From: an uncultured Victivallales bacterium
GTDB lineage: Bacteria; Verrucomicrobiota; Kiritimatiellia; UBA8416
Direction: 5' to 3'
NCBI GenBank assembly: GCA_964472315.1
Contig: CAYYJS010000002.1
Location: 54,315 to 118,314, forward strand
Length of the DNA: 64,000 nucleotides
Part shown: positions 59,692 to 64,000 of the stretch, one piece after another
How the letters are laid out: each line of letters starts with the position of its first letter
Numbering within the stretch: position 1 is the first letter of the stretch
Translations under genes and position numbers: made by a program
Notes under the pieces: model-generated
Database searches by the model: none
What the model saw: only the letters and a program-made list of their open reading frames with translations
Told to the model about the DNA's origin: nothing

Positions 59692-62258
59692 GTCTTGAAC
59701 TCCTCCCATGCTCCTGTCTTTTCGACGAGATCCACGTTCTCCAAAAACAGTGCCACGACATCCGGATCGAATTGCGTTCCGGCGCCGCCACGGATGGCTT
59801 CCGTCGCGTCGGTCACATTCATGTGTTTGCGGTAAGGACGGTCCGACCGCATGGCGTCCCAGGCATCGACCACCGCGAACAGGCGCGCACCGAGGCAGAT
59901 ATCGACGCCGACCTGTCCCCGCGGATAGCCTTTGCCGTCGAAATGCTCGTGATGCGAAAGCACGAGTTCGGCCGCATCCTTGAGGTCGGGACTCCGACTG
60001 ATGATCCGGTACCCCACTTCGGGGTGCGTCCGCATGACCGACCACTCGGTTGCCGTAAGGGCGCCTGCTTTCAACAGGATGGCATCCGGAATGGCGATCT
60101 TGCCGATGTCGTGCAGAAGCGCGCCCTGGCGGAGGGTTTCCAGAATCGGCCCCTTCAGGCCCCATTTTACACCGAGCATATGCGTGACGTTCTGTACGCG
60201 CAGGCTATGCTGTCCCGTCGCGTGTTCGCGCGCGTCGAGCATGGCCGCCATGGCTTCAAGCGTAAACTCGAAAGACTCGCGCGTCCGCTCGAGCGACATG
60301 GTCAGGTCACGGCTCTTCTGCCGGACCATGTCTTCGAGGTGCATCTGGTATTGCCGGTTTTCCCCGCGCAGACGGCGATACTCGACGGCACGCGCCAGCG
60401 TGACGGTCAACTGCTCGCGTTGCACCGGTTTCTGAATGAAGTCATAGGCGCCGTGGCGCAGGCTCTCCACGGCATTGTCGAGCGTGGCGTCGCCCGTGAT
60501 GACGATCTTGACGAGGTCGGGCTTGCGCCGTTCCATCTCGTCGAGCACGTCGATGCCGCTGGCGTCGTTCAAGTTCAGGTCGACCAGAACGACGTCGGTG
60601 TTGCCTTCGTCGCTTGCCAGACGTGTCAAGACCGCGGCGGCGGTGTCGTAGATCTCGACATCGTACCCGGCCGTGGAGATCAGCAGTTCCAAGATCTTGA
60701 GCACCGAACGGTCGTCGTCGACGACCATGATGCGGCCGCGCCGGGGCGGCGTCGACACGACCGGCACGGCGGATGACGGTGTCGGGGCGTCTGCATCGAT
60801 GCCGACCGAAGGTGTATTCTCGGTCCACACGGCGTAGCGGTCGCGGCCGTTGCGCTTGGCCTCGTAGAGCGCCTGGTCGGCGCGGGCCAACACGATGTCG
60901 TGGTCGAGCATGTCGGCGCCGTCGTTCTGGCTGCCCGCGGCGCCGATCGAAACGGTGGCGTGCAAGTTGTGCGTTCCCTTGCAGAAGATATGGTTGCGGA
61001 TGGTGTTGATGAGTCGCTCGGACATGGACCTGAGCGCATCGCCGCCGGCGTCCGGCAGGATCATGACCAGTTCGTCGCCGCCGTAGCGGGCAATGACATC
61101 GGACGTGCGGCAGTGATGCAAGGCGAGGTCAGAGAGTTCGCGCAGCACCTCGTCGCCGACCGGGTGTCCGTAGGTGTCGTTGATGGTCTTGAAGTGATCA
61201 ATATCGATGATCACGATGCCCGTCTTGAAGCCGTAGCGACGCCCGATCTGCCATACCGAATCGAGTTCGTGCTGGAGATGACGCCGGTTGAACAGTCCGG
61301 TCAACTCGTCCCGCACGGCCAGTTCGCGGATCCGGTGGAAGGCGATCAGGACCGTCGAGAGGTGGTTGGCGGCATGGTACAAAATGGATGTATCCGCACC
61401 CTTGCGGATGTGGTTGTCGGGCGGCGAGAGCGTGAGGAGACCGCGGATCCGGCCGCCGATGACGATCGGCACGCTCATGAATTCCTTGGGAGGCGCGGCC
61501 CCGCCATCGACCGGCTTCGGGCCGTAGACCTCGACCTTCAGGCCGGACGCGACCATGCTGCCGGACAGCAGTTCATAGCGCTCCCGCATGTCCGTTTCCA
61601 TGACCTTCAGGAACTCCGGCGAGACCGGTTCGCTGAGCGAAATCGCCATCAGCGCCTGATCTTCCTCGATGGTGAAGATGCCGGTGGCCATGGTGGGCAG
61701 AATACCGCCGAAACCCGAGGCCAGGCGTTTCAACGCTTCGGGCAGACTCGGCGATTCGACGGCGGCCCGACTGATCTCCCGAAGCAGCCCGAACTGTTGT
61801 TGTACCTGTGCGAGCGCCGCGTGGTCGGGATGCTGCAGCCGCTCGCGCGTACGTTCGGCTTCCGCCTTGACCCCGGCGATGAGTTGCGTGTACGAGATGG
61901 GTTTCTCGAGGATGGTCGTCACACCCATCCCGGCGGCCTGCTCGCGGACGCGCGGTTGGATGTAGCCGCTGAACACGACGACCCCGAGCCACGGGCGGAT
62001 GCGCAAGGCTTCGGTCAGGAATGTGATGCCATCCATCGGTTCCATCATGAGGTCGGAGACGATGACATCGAACGGCTGAGATAGAAGCAACTGGAGCCCT
62101 TCGCAGCCGTCGGCAGCCGTGACGACATCGCAGCCGGACATGGTCAACGAGCGACTCACCACATCGCGCAGCGCCGGTTCGTCGTCGAGAACCAGAACGC
62201 GCGTGCGCGCACCGTCCACGGGTTCGCTACCCGGCCGTGGGGTTGTCTCGTCAGTCAT
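59688..62258 (-). CDS. Multidomain c-di-GMP signalling protein, REC-GAF-GGDEF-REC-HD-GYP
   Basis: REC1 (VLVLDDEPALRD ... IVSDLMMEPMDG). GAF-like segment. Diguanylate cyclase core RYGGDELV. REC2 (IMVVDDDRSV ... VLVDLNLNDASG). HD-GYP (HDIGK ... HHEHFDGKGYP). Start at the internal ATG 62258. Confidence 0.8.
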   Translation of the reverse strand: MTDETTPRPGSEPVDGARTRVLVLDDEPALRDVVSRSLTMSGCDVVTAADGCEGLQLLLSQPFDVIVSDLMMEPMDGITFLTEALRIRPWLGVVVFSGYIQPRVREQAAGMGVTTILEKPISYTQLIAGVKAEAERTRERLQHPDHAALAQVQQQFGLLREISRAAVESPSLPEALKRLASGFGGILPTMATGIFTIEEDQALMAISLSEPVSPEFLKVMETDMRERYELLSGSMVASGLKVEVYGPKPVDGGAAPPKEFMSVPIVIGGRIRGLLTLSPPDNHIRKGADTSILYHAANHLSTVLIAFHRIRELAVRDELTGLFNRRHLQHELDSVWQIGRRYGFKTGIVIIDIDHFKTINDTYGHPVGDEVLRELSDLALHHCRTSDVIARYGGDELVMILPDAGGDALRSMSERLINTIRNHIFCKGTHNLHATVSIGAAGSQNDGADMLDHDIVLARADQALYEAKRNGRDRYAVWTENTPSVGIDADAPTPSSAVPVVSTPPRRGRIMVVDDDRSVLKILELLISTAGYDVEIYDTAAAVLTRLASDEGNTDVVLVDLNLNDASGIDVLDEMERRKPDLVKIVITGDATLDNAVESLRHGAYDFIQKPVQREQLTVTLARAVEYRRLRGENRQYQMHLEDMVRQKSRDLTMSLERTRESFEFTLEAMAAMLDAREHATGQHSLRVQNVTHMLGVKWGLKGPILETLRQGALLHDIGKIAIPDAILLKAGALTATEWSVMRTHPEVGYRIISRSPDLKDAAELVLSHHEHFDGKGYPRGQVGVDICLGARLFAVVDAWDAMRSDRPYRKHMNVTDATEAIRGGAGTQFDPDVVALFLENVDLVEKTGAWEEFKT

Positions 62259-62373
62259 GGGGTCAAGGTAGACATTTCGGGAGGGGAAAGCAAGTGCGGG
62301 AGGGGCTTGATTACCGGCCCTTAACATGCTAGAAGTGGTTCCACGGTGTGCAACAGCGGAGGTTTCACGGATA

Positions 62374-63797
62374 TGGCTGCGCCTTTCATCGACGATGATT
62401 TTCTCCTGGAAACGGAAGCGGCCCGGCGGCTCTACCACGACTACGCCGCCGCCATGCCGATCTGCGACTACCACTGTCATCTTCCCCCGCGTCAGGTGGC
62501 GACCGATGTACGATGGTCAAATCTGACCCAGGTGTGGCTCTATGGGGACCATTACAAGTGGCGTGCCATGCGGTCCAACGGCGTGTCGGAACGCTTCTGT
62601 ACCGGCGATGCGACCGACCGCGAGAAGTTCGACGCTTTCGCCGCCACGATGCCCTACCTGCTGCGCAATCCCATGTACCATTGGTCGCACCTGGAACTGA
62701 CCCGTTACTTCGGCGTGGACGCCTTGCTGTCGCCGTCGACGGCCGATGCGGTATGGGCACGAACATCCGAACGGTTGACCGATCCCGACATGTCGGCACG
62801 CGGGCTGATGCGGCGGAGCAACGTGCGGCTGGTATGCACGACGGACGATCCGATCGATACGTTGGAGTACCATGCCGCGTTGGCGAACGATGCCTCCTTT
62901 GACGTGCAGGTGCTGCCCACTTGGCGGCCCGACAAAGGCATGGCCGTAGAGACGCCTGCCGTGTTCAACGACTGGGCGGACCGCTTGGCGGCGGCGGCCG
63001 GCATGGACACCGGCACCTTGCCGAAGTTCCTCGAAGCTCTGCGCAAACGCCACGACTTCTTCGCCGCCCGCGGATGCCGGCTCTCCGACCACGGAGTGGA
63101 GACGGTGTTTTTCGACGACTACACCGACAAGGAGATCGCCGACATTTTCGACGCTGTGCGGGGCGGCGGATCGGTCGGTCCCGACGCCGTCCGCAAGTTC
63201 AAGTCCGCGATGATGTACGAATTCGGTCGCATGGATGCCGAGAAGGGATGGACACAGCAGATCCACTACGGTGCGATGCGCAACAACAACTCCCGCCTCT
63301 TCTCCCGGCTTGGACCCGATACGGGGTTCGACAGCATCGGCGACTGGCCGATCGCGCGGGGCCTCTCGCGCCTGCTGGACCGGCTCGATCTCGAGAATGC
63401 CTTGCCGCGCACCATTCTCTACACGCTCAACCCGCGCGATAACGAAGTGCTCGGCACCATGATTGGGAATTTCCAGGACGGCAGCGTGCCCGGCAAGATG
63501 CAGTTCGGCAGCGGTTGGTGGTTCAACGACCAGATGGACGGCATGACCCGGCACATCGAGGCGTTGTCCCAACTGGGCTTGCTCAGCCGCTTCGTCGGCA
63601 TGCTCACGGATAGCCGTTCCTTCCTGTCGTATACCCGCCACGAATACTTTCGGCGGATCCTGTGCGGCATCCTGGGGCGCGACATCGCGCGCGGGCTGAT
63701 TCCGTTGGATTTCGATCTTGTGGGTGGCATGGTGAAGGATATCTGCTATAACAATGCCGCGCGGTATTTCGGTTTCCGGCTGGAGACCGCGAACTAG
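62374..63797 (+). CDS. uxaC: Glucuronate isomerase
   Basis: MAAPFIDDDFLLETEAARRLYHDYAAAMPICDYHCHL is the canonical UxaC N-terminus. About 475 aa. Confidence 0.85.
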
Positions 63798-63809
63798 GGG
63801 AAGTGACAG

Positions 63810-64000
63810 ATGCAGAAGTGGGCCGATCGGTTGTTGGTGTGCGTGTGCGTGGCGATGGCGTGTCTGGCCGGGTGCAAGGAGGGCGAGCAACTCGCCGGAG
63901 AGACATTGGCGGTGGAACCGCCGACCCCGATGCAGGAGCTTAACGCCGCCTTGCGCGCGCTCGACGAGGCCGGTGACACCAACGGCGTTGTCGCGCGACT
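63810..64000 (+). CDS. Putative lipoprotein, 5' partial (runs off window end)
   Basis: MQKWADRLLVCVCVAMACLAGC has a lipobox LAGC. Truncated by the window boundary. Confidence 0.35.
   Translation, partial: MQKWADRLLVCVCVAMACLAGCKEGEQLAGETLAVEPPTPMQELNAALRALDEAGDTNGVVAR

Noticed and set aside
57969-63890. ORFs 57969..58931 (-), 59772..60776 (+), 60900..62084 (+) and 62517..63890 (-)
   Set aside because: Antisense to the 596-aa hypothetical, the c-di-GMP enzyme and uxaC. The partner strands carry the recognisable domains.

Overview
This is a high-GC (roughly 65%) bacterial chromosomal window with almost no non-coding space. I read it by eye and resolved it into about 50 protein-coding genes. 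The many long Arg/Gly/Pro-rich ORFs antisense to recognisable genes are GC-driven artefacts, and I rejected them.

Housekeeping genes form the backbone: trxB, gltX, glnS, rdgB, eno-ftsB, a uvrD-like helicase, a 5'-3' exonuclease, coaE, rho, tig-clpP-clpX, cca, a purine nucleoside phosphorylase, ispD, nadE, a pseudouridine synthase and uxaC.

The accessory or unusual content between them is:
(i) A four-gene phosphorelay block (6.8-12.9 kb). Two paralogous hybrid kinases carry a REC domain in front of the kinase core.
(ii) A five-gene operon (26.1-34.4 kb) that looks like a type IV pilus or secretin assembly module of the Verrucomicrobia/PVC type. It comprises a secreted protein, a PilM-PilN fusion, a PilO-like/Amuc_1100-position protein, a membrane-anchored protein with a Cys4 ribbon and DxDxDG calcium-binding repeats, and a 1240-aa secretin with a roughly 450-aa low-complexity N-terminus. 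No pilin or ATPase lies in the window.
(iii) A tandem pair of paralogous secreted proteins (49.4-51.0 kb).
(iv) A clearly lower-GC (about 50%) two-gene island (51.0-53.1 kb). It encodes an internally duplicated secreted protein and a PEP-CTERM sorted protein. No exosortase is visible in the window.
(v) A bifunctional REC-GAF-GGDEF-REC-HD-GYP c-di-GMP enzyme, translationally coupled to a secreted MORN-repeat protein.
(vi) A large secreted protein with tandem B-repeat-like domains.
(vii) Two polytopic-membrane proteins with C-terminal TPR arrays.
(viii) A truncated rhomboid protease remnant.

I saw no rRNA, tRNA, CRISPR array, transposase or integrase. The taxonomic guess (PVC superphylum) is an inference from gene content. 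It rests on the sulfatase, the PEP-CTERM protein, the Amuc_1100-like locus and the GT-C/TPR proteins, and it is not demonstrated.
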